Shown: positions 11,524 to 22,837, counted from the first letter of the whole stretch. The stretch is DNA of 62,243 nucleotides, filler included, from a bacterium (GCA_043817485.1; 4 parts of 4 records of this genome joined end to end with filler, not necessarily neighbours in it); one strand, 5' to 3'. Notes: a model not told the origin generated them from the sequence alone. Program-made: numbers and translations.

Positions 11524-11550
11524 AGATCTCTCCCTTCGGTCGAGATGACA
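11524..11550. repeat. REP-like palindrome AGATCTCTCCCTTCGGTCGAGATGACA
   Basis: GC-rich hairpin with TTCG loop; degenerate relative at ~16625-16653. Confidence 0.55.
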
Positions 11551-11667
11551 ATAGTTCATTTTTATAATAAGGCGTGAAACATTAATTATTTTCTTCATGC
11601 TCCCAACGTCTCCCGCTGATGGCAAATATTCTTCTATACTCTGCTAATAGCAAGCATAGACTTCTCC

Positions 11668-11713
11668 ATGTCCCCCGCTGGCGGGGGTTGTCCGTTAGGA
11701 CAGGGGGGTGGAA
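11668..11713. repeat. REP-like palindrome ATGTCCCCCGCTGGCGGGGG plus second hairpin
   Basis: 11668-11687 is the exact reverse complement of 52317-52336. Confidence 0.7.
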
Positions 11714-11819
11714 TTCTTCAATTCAAAATTTCATTTTGAATTCTTTTCCCTCTTCTCTCATTTTTAATTTTTAATTTCTAATTTTTAATTATATTCTAAA
11801 TACTTGATAAGATTTTTAT

Positions 11820-13952
11820 TTACAAATTAGTATCCAATGGAGATATTTCTACTAAAAGATATTTTTCAAAAATTACTTTTAATTTAGGATTTTTTTGTGT
11901 AATTTCTCCTAAATTTTTATTATTTACATAATCAAAAACAACATATTTTTCTTGTTCTAATCCCTTAAATTCTATTTCTTGATCCCATTTTTCAGCAAAA
12001 AATGCATAATACAATTTATCATTTTTTTTAATAAGATGACACTCCGGCTTGTCATAAATAATGTCATATTTGCTTAAATATTGTCCATCAAAAAGAGATT
12101 TTTGGTATATTAAATTAAACCACTTTATCCATATTGATTTTCTTTCAGAAGTCATAGGAAGATCTAAATCAGATAATTTTCCAGTTTTTTCTATTCTTTG
12201 AGCAAAATCTCGTCCTTGAGGAGTAAATCTTGTAGAAGTAACTCCACCTATTCCTAAATGAGAAGCAAAATCATTTGATTCATCTGTTAATTCAATATGA
12301 TCTGAAAGAATAGCAATATCTGGTTCAGAAATAGCTTTTAAAAATTTATGAGTAAATCGTAAATCCCAAGAATCTCGTGCATCTGGTACTACTATTTGAT
12401 TTTGATAAGGAAGCCATGTAAAAGTAGGAGGTGTCCCACAAGGACAACTTTCAACAACTGCATCTTTTTTTATTGAAATGGCTGTATCATAAATTACTTT
12501 GAGAATTTTATGAAAATTTTCTGGTGCTTCTTCTGGATAAGCGTGATTATGTTCTACATTATAACAAGGTGGACAAATATAAACTGCATCTTGTTTTAAT
12601 CCATCAAAATCCCATTCGCCAATCATTTTTTCAGTTATTTTTTTATAAAATTCAATAACTTCTGGAATACAAGGACAAAGAAAATAATTCGCTCTTTTAG
12701 TAATAGAAAAAGAACCATTTTTATCTTTAATTAACCAATCTGGATGTTTTAAAAATATTTCTGCTTTTTCATGATACGGATGTTTAGAAATTTCATTTTT
12801 CATATGTGGATGTAATTCTTTCCATTTTGTTAAATCAAGCATTCCATCAACTTCTCCAGGGATTGTCCATAATTTTACTAAAAATCCTTCATTGTGTAAT
12901 TCTTTTACAAATTCTTTTATTGTTTTTTCTCCTTCGGGAAAATTATCAGTTCTAACCTTCCAATCTCCAACACAATTAAACCAACGATCATCTAATGTAA
13001 TCCACTCTATTCCAAAATCCTTTAAATAAGGAATTATTGTTCTAATTTGATCCATTGTAAAATCTCTATGAAATCCCCATGTTTCCCAAATAGTTTCATA
13101 TGCTTTTTTATTTTTATTAGAAAATTTTATTTCTTGTTTTTCAAGAAACTCTTTATAAATTTTTGCTGGTTTATAATAATCTCCTTTGTTCACAGTAATC
13201 ATAGATTTAATAGTTTCAAAAATTTGTTCATAACATAAAACTTTTTCATTTTCTCGAGGCTCATAACTAATAGCAATTTTTACTAATCCATTTGTTTGTG
13301 TTTCTATTGGAAAATCAACAATTCTATAAATAGGTTCAATATGAGATAAAGCTATTCCCATTTCTTTTTGCCAAATATAAATAAAAGGAATACCTCCTCC
13401 ATATCCAGGCCCGTGAATTCCTTGAAAATTGTCTTTATAAAAATCTGAAGTTACTTGTTTTAACCATGGTTCTCTAATTGAAGCACTCCCACTCATTACC
13501 CAAAAATCATAAGAATTTACTTCTGGTGATAATTTTTGACTATTTAACAAAAATTGATTTAAAATTACTTTTTCTATTTTACAATCAAAAGAAGTTTGTT
13601 GTAAAAAACTATATTTAGCAGAAATAATTATAGTTTCGGGATAATTTTCATACATTTCCAAACATAAACTTAAATGTACAGATGTTTCAAGACTTGTATT
13701 ATCTATTCCCATTACAAATGTTTTTTTCCCTTTGCCAAATTTTGTTTCAATTTCTTCTGAATAATTGCTTTGAGAATCTAAAATAAATTTATCTATAATT
13801 CCTTTATTTGTAATTAAATAAAAAGATGGAATAAAAACATTTTCATTTAAAGAAATCCAATTTTCGTTATCTTTCATATAAGTCATTATTTGCATTTTTT
13901 CATTAAATATAAGTTTTATTTTTTTATGTTCTATTGTCATTTTTATCTCCAA
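11820..13952 (-). CDS. Alpha-galactosidase-like glycoside hydrolase (GH36/clan D)
   Basis: WETWG, TLDDRWF, G...KLW, DGLKQD nucleophile-like motif. Confidence 0.75.
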   Translation of the reverse strand: MEIKMTIEHKKIKLIFNEKMQIMTYMKDNENWISLNENVFIPSFYLITNKGIIDKFILDSQSNYSEEIETKFGKGKKTFVMGIDNTSLETSVHLSLCLEMYENYPETIIISAKYSFLQQTSFDCKIEKVILNQFLLNSQKLSPEVNSYDFWVMSGSASIREPWLKQVTSDFYKDNFQGIHGPGYGGGIPFIYIWQKEMGIALSHIEPIYRIVDFPIETQTNGLVKIAISYEPRENEKVLCYEQIFETIKSMITVNKGDYYKPAKIYKEFLEKQEIKFSNKNKKAYETIWETWGFHRDFTMDQIRTIIPYLKDFGIEWITLDDRWFNCVGDWKVRTDNFPEGEKTIKEFVKELHNEGFLVKLWTIPGEVDGMLDLTKWKELHPHMKNEISKHPYHEKAEIFLKHPDWLIKDKNGSFSITKRANYFLCPCIPEVIEFYKKITEKMIGEWDFDGLKQDAVYICPPCYNVEHNHAYPEEAPENFHKILKVIYDTAISIKKDAVVESCPCGTPPTFTWLPYQNQIVVPDARDSWDLRFTHKFLKAISEPDIAILSDHIELTDESNDFASHLGIGGVTSTRFTPQGRDFAQRIEKTGKLSDLDLPMTSERKSIWIKWFNLIYQKSLFDGQYLSKYDIIYDKPECHLIKKNDKLYYAFFAEKWDQEIEFKGLEQEKYVVFDYVNNKNLGEITQKNPKLKVIFEKYLLVEISPLDTNL

Positions 13953-13966
13953 TTTTTTAAATTAAT

Positions 13967-14575
13967 TTATTTTATATATTCTAAAATTCCTTTGTAAATA
14001 GATTCGCTTATTTGATCTTTGTCAATATCAAATCCAAATTCTATAAGTATAGCTGGCATATTTATGCTTTTTAATAAAATAGATGGACATTTTCCAACTT
14101 TACAAATTAACCCATATTTTTCTAATTGTTCTTGAATTAATAAAGCTAAGTTTTTACTTTTATTAATATATTCATTTTGAACAGCATCCCAATTTTTTAT
14201 AATTTCAGAGTTTGTATTTGTTTCTATTATTGGCATAAAATAATATATTTCGATACAAGAATTAGAAGAGTTATTAATGTGAAATGATAAAAAAACATCT
14301 CCTTTATTAAAATTCGCAAAAGTAGATCTATCTTCATAAGAAACATTATAATCTCCTAATCGTGTTGAAAAAACCTTAAATTTTGTATTTTCAAGAATTA
14401 CATCTTTTATTTTTTTTGCTATATTTAATGTTAAATCTTTTTCTTTTATATCAGATTGAATTAAGCCCGTATCTATTCCTCCATGTCCAGAATCTAAAAT
14501 AATAGTAGATTTATTTTCTGCATAACTTCCTTTAATTAAAACAAAAACTAATAATAATAATAAAAATTTTTTCAA
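13967..14575 (-). CDS. N-acetylmuramoyl-L-alanine amidase (Amidase_3)
   Basis: Signal peptide; ILDSGHGG, EKDLTL, SFHIN, PAILIE zinc-binding motifs. Confidence 0.88.
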   Translation of the reverse strand: MKKFLLLLLVFVLIKGSYAENKSTIILDSGHGGIDTGLIQSDIKEKDLTLNIAKKIKDVILENTKFKVFSTRLGDYNVSYEDRSTFANFNKGDVFLSFHINNSSNSCIEIYYFMPIIETNTNSEIIKNWDAVQNEYINKSKNLALLIQEQLEKYGLICKVGKCPSILLKSINMPAILIEFGFDIDKDQISESIYKGILEYIK

Positions 14576-14618
14576 AATTTTTTCCTTTTTCGATAAAAAT
14601 ATAGGTTTAATAAAAAAA

Positions 14619-16397
14619 TTAAGGAATTATTTCATTGAAAGATGCATCAAGTAATTCTTCAAGAGAAATAGGTAATTTTAAAGACCAATTTTTTTTATTA
14701 ATAGTTCCAGGGGAATTTATTCGAAATTCCCATATATTTATTTTTTCTCTAATTTTATCATCTAAAAGAATTAAGTCAAGAATAGATTGAATAGTAAAAA
14801 TAGAATAAGTTTCTTTTGCATATTCTAAAGATTTTAAAAGAAGTTTTTTATAAAAATTTTCTTCGAAAAAAATTTCTTCAAAATTATCTTCTATTTTTAA
14901 TCTTTGCAGAAATTTATTTTTCTCTTCAATTGACTCTTGATACATTTTAATAATTTCCCAACAATTTTGATCAGTGTTAAGTATTTGTTGTAAAATATTT
15001 ATATTTTCTATTTTTTTTTTCCATTTTAATCTTCCATAGCAAGAATTTTTTAAACAAAATAATTTCTCTTTTATTAAATTATAATCTAATTTTTTTTCTT
15101 GACATTTTCTTTTAAAAAAATTTTCATCAATAGTTTCAGATTCGTATTTCCACCATGCAATAAAATTACTCATATCATGATTTGAAATACAAGATATAGC
15201 AATTTTACGATAATCTTCTGGTTTTTTAAACTCACAATTTATATTCCAATATTTTGTCCATCTTTGTACTTCCATTCCCGGAATTCCAAATTTTTCAAGA
15301 GTTTTATAACAAATATCTGGGACAACTCCTAAATCTTCAGCACAAGCAAGCATTTCAGTATTATTTATCATAATACTAATTATTGTTTTTCCTTGTTCTT
15401 CCCATTTTATTTCATCTTTTGGATCAAATTGTCCATTTAATCCAGCATTTTCTAATGGTTCATTTATAGAAATTGTCCAAATGCGAAATAATCCAACTGC
15501 ATGATCTATTCTATAAAGATGATAAAAATTTTCTGCATATTTTAATTTTTGAATAAGATAATTATAATTATTTGCAGCTATTTCTTGCCAATTATAAGGA
15601 GGCATATCCCATCTTTGTCCATTGGCTTGATACATATCAGGAGGAGCTCCTGATGTTAAATCAAGTTTAAAATAATTTCGCCAAGACCAAACATCACTAC
15701 TATCATAAGAAACAAGAAGTGGGAGATCTCCCATTAAAAATACACCATTATCTTCAGCATATTTTTTTACTATTTTAAATTGTTCAAATAATTGCCATTG
15801 TAGCCATTTTTCAAATAATAAATCTTTTTCAAAAGTTTTTAAATTTTCTGGAATTTCTTTCCATTCTGTCCATTTTTTTTCATTAAAAATTTTTTTCAAA
15901 ACTTTAAAATTAGCATATTCAGAAAGCCAATAAAAATTATTTTCTTTATATTTGTTAAAATCAACAGAATCTTTATCAGCCCATTCTAAAAAAATTTTTT
16001 CTAAAATTTTCATTTTTGCTGATTTTATTTTTTCAAAATTTCGATCCATATTAAAATTAAAAAAAGAATGGTTTAAAAATTCTTTAATTTTATTTTGTTC
16101 TACTTGTTTTAAATGATTCAAGGAAAGATACATTGGTTCTAATGCAAAAGAACTTTGATGATTATAAGGAGAAAAATCCGATCCTAAACTATTTAAAGGA
16201 AGTAATTGTAAAATACTATGTTTAGTTTTTTTACACCAATCTATCATTAAAAATAAATCTATGGCATCTCCAATTCCACAAAAACTTCTTTTTGAATATA
16301 AAGAAAAAAGAGGAACCATTACACCTTTTCGTTTTTTAGTACCAATTTTTTTCCAAGATTTTGCAGAAAGAGTATTTAACAAAAAATCATAATTCAT
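14619..16397 (-). CDS. malQ: 4-alpha-glucanotransferase (GH77)
   Basis: LQLLPLN, SPY, GAPPD, YRIDHAVG, AEDLG, HD motifs. Confidence 0.92.
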   Translation of the reverse strand: MNYDFLLNTLSAKSWKKIGTKKRKGVMVPLFSLYSKRSFCGIGDAIDLFLMIDWCKKTKHSILQLLPLNSLGSDFSPYNHQSSFALEPMYLSLNHLKQVEQNKIKEFLNHSFFNFNMDRNFEKIKSAKMKILEKIFLEWADKDSVDFNKYKENNFYWLSEYANFKVLKKIFNEKKWTEWKEIPENLKTFEKDLLFEKWLQWQLFEQFKIVKKYAEDNGVFLMGDLPLLVSYDSSDVWSWRNYFKLDLTSGAPPDMYQANGQRWDMPPYNWQEIAANNYNYLIQKLKYAENFYHLYRIDHAVGLFRIWTISINEPLENAGLNGQFDPKDEIKWEEQGKTIISIMINNTEMLACAEDLGVVPDICYKTLEKFGIPGMEVQRWTKYWNINCEFKKPEDYRKIAISCISNHDMSNFIAWWKYESETIDENFFKRKCQEKKLDYNLIKEKLFCLKNSCYGRLKWKKKIENINILQQILNTDQNCWEIIKMYQESIEEKNKFLQRLKIEDNFEEIFFEENFYKKLLLKSLEYAKETYSIFTIQSILDLILLDDKIREKINIWEFRINSPGTINKKNWSLKLPISLEELLDASFNEIIP

Positions 16398-16482
16398 AAT
16401 AATCCTTTTTAAAAAATAGATTATTCTTTTTATAGAAATTAGTAAATGTCAAGTATTTTTCATTGTTTTAAACTGGTGATTT

Positions 16483-16723
16483 TGAACCAACGATTTAAAT
16501 CGTCGGTTCAAGCACGAGAAGTATACAGTCATTGTGCTAATTTCAATGTGCTATCTATAAGATGGATTGCTATTAATTATGTAATTTGAAAGTTTGTTCA
16601 TTTCGACTATAAGAAAGGTGGTGAGAGATCTCTCCATTTTGTCGAAGATGACAAATAGAAATGGTCGGATGACAATAGAGATGAGATTTGTGTAAGTGAA
16701 CCAACGATTTAAATCGTCGGTTC
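16483..16723. repeat. Two identical 27-bp palindromes TGAACCAACGATTTAAATCGTCGGTTC (16483-16509, 16697-16723) flanking other REP-like pieces
   Basis: Direct sequence identity; each copy is an imperfect hairpin. Confidence 0.8.
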
Positions 16724-16756
16724 CCCATACAAATTGCAACTTATTATTAATAAAAT

Positions 16757-16792
16757 AAAAAAGGTGATAGATTTTATTCTACCACCTTTTTT
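16757..16792 (-). terminator. Intrinsic terminator downstream of the pilin gene
   Basis: AAAAAGGTGATAGA...TCTACCACCTTTTTT hairpin with A/T tails. Confidence 0.65.
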
Positions 16793-16812
16793 GTATACAT
16801 ACAAAAAAATTA

Positions 16813-17280
16813 CTATTTAACTACCCATACTTCATCAGTTAATAATCCGTCACTATCTGTATCTTCCTTAATAGCAATATTATCTTGAGTTGCAGTAATT
16901 AAAGTTCGTACTGTTCTATCTTTACAAGTGGCTGAAAAGGCATAAGCATTTATAGTTCCAGTATATGCAGTTAATACAGTATCTTGGAAATTATTTAAAA
17001 TTGTAGCTGCATTAGTGATTTGATTAGAAATATTTACTAAATTAGTACCACCCGCAACAACAGCACCTATGGCAAAAGGATAACAATCGTTATCTACCAT
17101 ATACATTTCCAAGCCTGTTCTGATAGTATGAACAGCAGAAGTTCCAGCAGAAATACGAGCTTTATCACGAGCATTCATAAAGTTAGGAATAGCAACTGCG
17201 GCTAAAATACCAATAATTGCAACAACTATCATTAATTCTATTAATGTAAAACCTGAATTTTTTCTCAACATTTTAATCAC
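16813..17280 (-). CDS. Type IV major pilin-like protein
   Basis: Class III signal G|FTLIELMIVVAIIGILAAVAIPNF; stand-alone gene with terminator. Confidence 0.9.
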   Translation of the reverse strand: MIKMLRKNSGFTLIELMIVVAIIGILAAVAIPNFMNARDKARISAGTSAVHTIRTGLEMYMVDNDCYPFAIGAVVAGGTNLVNISNQITNAATILNNFQDTVLTAYTGTINAYAFSATCKDRTVRTLITATQDNIAIKEDTDSDGLLTDEVWVVK

Positions 17281-17316
17281 CCCCTTTCTGAGATAATTTT
17301 AAAAATATATTTTTTG

Positions 17317-17344
17317 TGTCATTCCGAACTCGTTTCGGAATCTC
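17317..17344. repeat. REP-like palindrome TGTCATTCCGAACTCGTTTCGGAATCTC
   Basis: ATTCCGAA/TTCGGAAT hairpin in intergenic DNA. Confidence 0.55.
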
Positions 17345-17458
17345 AAAGATTAACAATGTACCGATTTTATCAGATGCTAAAAACAAGTTTAGCATTTGAT
17401 AAAAAAATTATAATCATTTTAATAATTATAATTTTTTTTTATTGTGTCAAGTTTTTTT

Positions 17459-18421
17459 TTATTTTTTACTAAACACTTTAGCACAGCTTCCAAAAATTCC
17501 AGCATTATTTCCTAATTTAGCTTGAACAATTTTCAAATTTTTAATAGATAAATCTAATGCAAATTTTTTAATAGAATCTTTTATTGGATCTAAAAGTAAA
17601 TCTCCTGCATGACTAATTCCACCACCAATAATAATTATTTCTGGATTAAGTATATTTATTACTGAAGCAAGAGCTGCTCCAATATATCGAGCAATATCTT
17701 GTACAATCATTTTACTTAAATGATCACCATTACGAGCTTCATCACAAATAATTTTAGGAGTAATTTTTGTTAAATCATTTTCTACTGCTTTTAAAATACT
17801 CGTAGCAAAACCCTTTTTAATAGCCATTTTTGCTTTTTCAATAAAAGCATTTTTCCCAGCATAAGCTTCTAAACAACCGATTCCTCCACAATTACATTTT
17901 AGTCCTTCATAAATAATACTAATATGTCCTATTTCTCCAGCAAAACCAAAAGATCCACGATAAAGTTTTTTATCAATAATTATACCACCGCCAATACCTG
18001 TTCCTAAAGTAATACAAACACAATTAGTAGTATTTTTTCCAGCTCCAAAAAAATATTCTCCTAAAACTACCATATTAACATCATTATCTAAATAAGTATT
18101 AAGTTTAAATTCTTTTTTTAAAATATTAGCTAAACGAATATTTTTCCATTCAGAAATATTTATAGCACCACCAATAATAATTCCTTTTTGATCATCAACT
18201 AATCCAGGACTACCTAATCCTATTCCTGAAATTTTTATTTTTTCTTTTTTTGAAAATTCTAAACATTCAGCAATAAGTTTTTTTATATTTAAAATTACTT
18301 TTTCTGATCCAGATAAAGCATCTGTTGAAATACTTTTTGTGAAAAGAATTTTTCCATTTGTATTTATAATCCCAGCTTTAATATCTGTTCCACCTAAATC
18401 AATTCCAATCGCATATTTCAT
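17459..18421 (-). CDS. ROK-family glucokinase
   Basis: GIDLGGT, NDVN, GTGIGGG, GEIGH, CNCGGIGCLE motifs. Confidence 0.9.
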   Translation of the reverse strand: MKYAIGIDLGGTDIKAGIINTNGKILFTKSISTDALSGSEKVILNIKKLIAECLEFSKKEKIKISGIGLGSPGLVDDQKGIIIGGAINISEWKNIRLANILKKEFKLNTYLDNDVNMVVLGEYFFGAGKNTTNCVCITLGTGIGGGIIIDKKLYRGSFGFAGEIGHISIIYEGLKCNCGGIGCLEAYAGKNAFIEKAKMAIKKGFATSILKAVENDLTKITPKIICDEARNGDHLSKMIVQDIARYIGAALASVINILNPEIIIIGGGISHAGDLLLDPIKDSIKKFALDLSIKNLKIVQAKLGNNAGIFGSCAKVFSKK

Positions 18422-18827
18422 TTTTAGCTACTCCTAAAACTTTTTTTTCCCAATATTTCATTTTAGCTTTTTCTTTTTTTTCTTGATCATTAAATCCACT
18501 TAAATGAAGAATCCCATGAATAAGCAAAATAGCCAATTCTTGATTAAAAGAATGTTTATATTTTAAAGCTTGTTTTTTGCAAACATCTATACAAATGACT
18601 ACATCTCCTAAAAGATTACCTTCATTAGAAAATGCCAAAACATCTGTTTCGTCTAAAGTATTTTTATATTTTACATTTAGTTCTTTAATAAATTTAGCAT
18701 TTACAAGAACAACACTTAATTCTTTATCTTCGTATTTTAAAAATTTTAAGCTAATTTGACAAATTTTTTTGACAAATTTTTTATCAAGTTTTTGCTTTTT
18801 ATAAAGGTTTTTTATTAAAATTTCCAT
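18399..18827 (-). CDS. ybeY: rRNA maturation endoribonuclease YbeY
   Basis: TDVLAF and HGILHLSGFND motif (third His appears replaced). Confidence 0.88.
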   Translation of the reverse strand: MEILIKNLYKKQKLDKKFVKKICQISLKFLKYEDKELSVVLVNAKFIKELNVKYKNTLDETDVLAFSNEGNLLGDVVICIDVCKKQALKYKHSFNQELAILLIHGILHLSGFNDQEKKEKAKMKYWEKKVLGVAKNEICDWN

Positions 18828-19066
18828 TTATTTTTTTGCTGACTCTTTTATAAGTTCTAAAGCAATAACTCCTCTTTGAATTTGATTAGTTCCTTCATAG
18901 ATTTGAGTTATTTTTGCATCTCGCATCATTTTTTCTACAGGATATTTTTTCATAATATCCATAAAACCATTAAATACTTGTACTGCATCAGTTGTGACTT
19001 TAATGCAAGTATCTAAGTAAATAATTTACACATGGCAGAAAATTTAGAAACATTTTTATTTTTATT
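18828..19066 (-). pseudogene. Degenerate duplicate of the 3' end of the adjacent acyl-CoA dehydrogenase gene
   Basis: Aligns by eye with 19103-19339, with substitutions and indels. Confidence 0.9.
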
Positions 19067-19102
19067 CTAATGTGGTCCAGTTTTTCTCGACCATTATATC
19101 AA

Positions 19103-20260
19103 CTATTTTTTTGCTGATTCTTTTATAAGTTCTAAAGCAATAACTCCTCTTTGAATTTGATTAGTTCCTTCATAGATTTGAGTTATTTTTGCATCTCTCA
19201 TCATTTTTTCTACAGGATATTCTTTCATATATCCATAACCACCAAATATTTGTACTGCATCAGTTGTAACTTTCATACAAACATCTGAAGCAAATAATTT
19301 ACACATTGCAGAAAATTTAGAAACATTTTTATCTTTATTATCAACCATTTGAGCAGTTTGATAAACTAATGCTCTTGCTGCTTCTACAGAAGTTGCCATA
19401 TCAGCCAACATAAATTGAATTCCTTGAAATGAACTAATAGGATGACCAAATTGTTTTCTTTCACGAGAATATTTTATAGCACAATCTAATGCTCCTTGAG
19501 CTGTTCCTACTGCTTGAGAAGCTACTCCAGGTCTACTTTGATCTAATGTTTTCATAGCAACAATAAATCCCATACCTTCTTTTACTAATAAATTTTCTTT
19601 TGGAACTTTGCAATCATTAAAAACAAGCTCTCTTGTTGCTGAACATCTAATTCCCATTTTATTTTCTTTTTTTCCGAAAGTAAATCCAGGGGTATCTTTT
19701 TCTACAATAAAAGCACTTGCGCCTCGTGAGCCCTTATTTTTATTAGTCATAGCAATAATAGTATATATTTCTGCTTCTCCGCCATTTGTAATCCATTGTT
19801 TAGTTCCATTAAGAATATAATAATCCCCTTCTAAAACAGCGGTTGTTTGAATAGCACCAGCATCACTACCTGCTTCTGATTCTGTTAATCCAAACGCTGC
19901 TAATCTTTTACCACTTGCAATTTGTGGAAGATATTTTTGCTTTTGATCTTCGTTTCCAAATAAAATAATAGGAAAAGTTCCTAATGCACTTGCTGCATAA
20001 CTTACAGCAACACCACCACATACCTTACTTAATTCTTCTACTACTAAACAAAGTTCAAAACATCCTTTTCCAAAACCTCCATATTTTTCTTCAATATAAA
20101 TTCCAAATAAATCTGAGCTAGCTAATACTTTAAGAATATCCCATGGAAAAATTCCTTTTTCATCTAATTCTTGAATTACTTCCAAAGGCATTTTTTCTTG
20201 AGCAATTTTTTGAGTTAAATCTTTAATCATTTTTTGTTCTTCATTTAAAAAATATCCCAT
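19103..20260 (-). CDS. Acyl-CoA dehydrogenase (butyryl-CoA dehydrogenase-like)
   Basis: [40 protein letters not shown] motifs. Confidence 0.95.
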   Translation of the reverse strand: MGYFLNEEQKMIKDLTQKIAQEKMPLEVIQELDEKGIFPWDILKVLASSDLFGIYIEEKYGGFGKGCFELCLVVEELSKVCGGVAVSYAASALGTFPIILFGNEDQKQKYLPQIASGKRLAAFGLTESEAGSDAGAIQTTAVLEGDYYILNGTKQWITNGGEAEIYTIIAMTNKNKGSRGASAFIVEKDTPGFTFGKKENKMGIRCSATRELVFNDCKVPKENLLVKEGMGFIVAMKTLDQSRPGVASQAVGTAQGALDCAIKYSRERKQFGHPISSFQGIQFMLADMATSVEAARALVYQTAQMVDNKDKNVSKFSAMCKLFASDVCMKVTTDAVQIFGGYGYMKEYPVEKMMRDAKITQIYEGTNQIQRGVIALELIKESAKK

Positions 20261-20271
20261 TAAAAACTCCT

Positions 20272-20997
20272 TTACTCGTTATCTAAATCGTCATCAGATT
20301 CTGAATATCCTAAAAGATTTAAAATATGTTCTGCTGCATTTTGTTCAGCTAATTTTTTAGTAAATCCAGAACCTATAGATTGTTTGTTTTCTACTTTTAC
20401 TAAAACTGTAAATACTTTTCTATGTTGAGGACCAATTTCATTTATTACTGTATATTGAGGCATAGTTTTAAATTTCAACAGAGAAAATTGTTGAAGAAGT
20501 GTTTTAAAATCTTCAACATGTTCATCTTTTTTAATTATTTCTATTTCTTCATCAAATTGAGAAAAAATAATTTTTTTTACAGTTTCTAAATTGCTATCAA
20601 AATAAATAGCACAAATTAAAGCCTCAAAAGTATTTGATAAAATAGAATTTCTATTTTTTCCACCAGTATTTTCTTCTCCTTTTCCCAATAAAATATATTT
20701 ATCTAAATCTATTTTTCTTGCTCTTTTAGCTAAAATTTGTTCACTAACAATTAAATTTTTAATTTGAGTAAGATAACCTTCTTCTGCTTCTGGAAAACAC
20801 TTTATTAAATATTCACTGATGACCATTCCAAGAATAGAATCTCCTAAAAATTCCATTTTTTCATTATGAGAATTATAAAAATTTTTTAAAGATAAATTTT
20901 CATAAATATAAGATTTATGAGTTAAAGATTGTATAAGAATAGATTTATTTTTGAATGAATATTCTATTGTTTTTTCCAAAAAATCTAAATTATTCAT
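20272..20997 (-). CDS. rnc: Ribonuclease III
   Basis: [10 protein letters not shown] signature, FEA, C-terminal dsRBD (KKLAEQNAA). Confidence 0.95.
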   Translation of the reverse strand: MNNLDFLEKTIEYSFKNKSILIQSLTHKSYIYENLSLKNFYNSHNEKMEFLGDSILGMVISEYLIKCFPEAEEGYLTQIKNLIVSEQILAKRARKIDLDKYILLGKGEENTGGKNRNSILSNTFEALICAIYFDSNLETVKKIIFSQFDEEIEIIKKDEHVEDFKTLLQQFSLLKFKTMPQYTVINEIGPQHRKVFTVLVKVENKQSIGSGFTKKLAEQNAAEHILNLLGYSESDDDLDNE

Positions 20998-22228
20998 ATT
21001 TTTTAAATATTAATGTAGCATTATGTCCACCAAATCCTAAAGAATTAGAAAGAGCTATATTAACTGGCATTTTTAAAGCATTGTTAGGTACATAATTAAG
21101 ATCACATTCTGGATCTGGAAATTCATAATTAATAGTAGGTGGAATAATATCATTTTTTATTGCTAAAATACTAATAATAGATTCTACAACACCAGCAGCA
21201 CCTAAAAGATGTCCTGTCATTGATTTGGTAGAACTTACTTTTACTTGATAGGCATAATCTTTAAAAACTGTTTTTATTGCACTTGTTTCATAAGCATCAT
21301 TTAATTTAGTTGAAGTTCCATGTGCATTAATATAATTAACTTCTTCTGGTTGCAATGAAGCATCTTTTAATGCCATTTGCATACATCTTGCTGCACCCTC
21401 TCCTTCAGGAGCTGGTGCACTTATATGATAGGCATCTCCAGTTAGTCCATAGCCAACTAGTTCTGCATAAATAGGTGCTTGTCTTTTTAAAGCATGTTCT
21501 AAATCTTCTAATATAATTATTCCCGATCCTTCTCCCATTACAAACCCATCTCTTTCTTGATCAAAAGGTCTACTTGCTTTTTCTGGAGCATCATTTCTCG
21601 TAGAAAGAGCTTTCATAGCACAAAAACCACTAATTCCTAATGGAGTAATAGCTGCTTCTCCACCTCCAGCAAGCATTATATCAGCATCTCCTCTTTGAAT
21701 TACTTTAAAAGCATCTCCTATACAATGGGCACTTGTAGCACAAGCTGTAACTGTACAAGAATTAGGACCTTTAATTCCTAATTGTATTGAAATAATACCA
21801 GCTGCCATATTAGAAATAAGCATCGTAATAAAAAAAGGACTTATTCTACGAGGACCTTTATCTATAAGCGTTTGATGTTGAAGTTCTAATGTACTTAAGC
21901 CCCCTATTCCAGAACCTGCTATAACTCCTATTCTATGAGCATCTTCTGTCTCTATATTTAATTGAGAATCTTTCCATGCTTTTAAAGCAGCAATTACAAT
22001 ATATTGACAAAATAAATCCATTTTTCTGATTTCTTTACCATCTAAATATTCTTCTGGATGGAAATCTTTTACTTCAGCAGCAATTTTAGTTGGATATTCA
22101 TCAGTATTAAACCGTGTAATTAAACCCATTCCAGATTTACTTGAAATTAAATTTTGCCATAATGTATTTGTATCATTACCTAATGGAGTAATTGTACCCA
22201 TTCCTGTAATAACTACTCTTTTACTCAC
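20990..22228 (-). CDS. fabF: 3-oxoacyl-ACP synthase II
   Basis: [35 protein letters not shown]. Confidence 0.96.
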   Translation of the reverse strand: MSKRVVITGMGTITPLGNDTNTLWQNLISSKSGMGLITRFNTDEYPTKIAAEVKDFHPEEYLDGKEIRKMDLFCQYIVIAALKAWKDSQLNIETEDAHRIGVIAGSGIGGLSTLELQHQTLIDKGPRRISPFFITMLISNMAAGIISIQLGIKGPNSCTVTACATSAHCIGDAFKVIQRGDADIMLAGGGEAAITPLGISGFCAMKALSTRNDAPEKASRPFDQERDGFVMGEGSGIIILEDLEHALKRQAPIYAELVGYGLTGDAYHISAPAPEGEGAARCMQMALKDASLQPEEVNYINAHGTSTKLNDAYETSAIKTVFKDYAYQVKVSSTKSMTGHLLGAAGVVESIISILAIKNDIIPPTINYEFPDPECDLNYVPNNALKMPVNIALSNSLGFGGHNATLIFKKYE

Positions 22229-22426
22229 TATTTATATCTCCCGTAAATATAAAAAAACCTCAAAAAAAAACTTGATAATAAAATTTTTTGCATAATTTTT
22301 GAGGTATTTATTATTATTTTGATGCCAATTTATTTCTACAGCAATCTATAAAGTTTTATGCAATCTTATAAAAAAAAATTATTTTTGATTTGCTACTAAT
22401 ATTTTTTCAAAATTTCAATAAATAAT

Positions 22427-22672
22427 TTATTTTGCATGTTCTGTAATATAACTAATAGCATCTTTAACATTTGTAATTTTTTCTGCATCAGTATCTGAAA
22501 TTTCAATACTAAATGCTTCTTCAAATGCCATTACTAATTCTACTGTATCTAATGAATCTGCTCCTAAATCATTAATAAAAGAAGCATTTTCTGTAATTTC
22601 TTCTTCTTTTACTTCTAATTGTTTCACAATTATTTCTTTTACTTTTTGTTCAATGTTTTTTTCGTCTGCCAT
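22427..22672 (-). CDS. acpP: Acyl carrier protein
   Basis: [14 protein letters not shown]. Confidence 0.97.
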   Translation of the reverse strand: MADEKNIEQKVKEIIVKQLEVKEEEITENASFINDLGADSLDTVELVMAFEEAFSIEISDTDAEKITNVKDAISYITEHAK

Positions 22673-22774
22673 AATAAAAAACCTCCTAGGTTATAAAAAT
22701 TTAAAATATTTTTTATTAAATCGTTATTGAAATATAATATTTTTAAAAAATGTCAAGAAAATTTATAAATTTTA

Positions 22775-22837
22775 ATATTAACAACTAATTGCTTTTAAAA
22801 TTTGTTTTAGATTTGGAGAAACAATTAGAGGTTTTTG
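22775..22837 (-). repeat. 63-bp direct repeat of the thrC 3' end (partner 23742-23804)
   Basis: One mismatch in 63 bp by eye; includes the stop codon. Confidence 0.9.

Noticed and set aside
18828-19339. Diversity-generating retroelement TR/VR pair
   Set aside because: Differences are not adenine-specific, include indels, and no reverse transcriptase is present.
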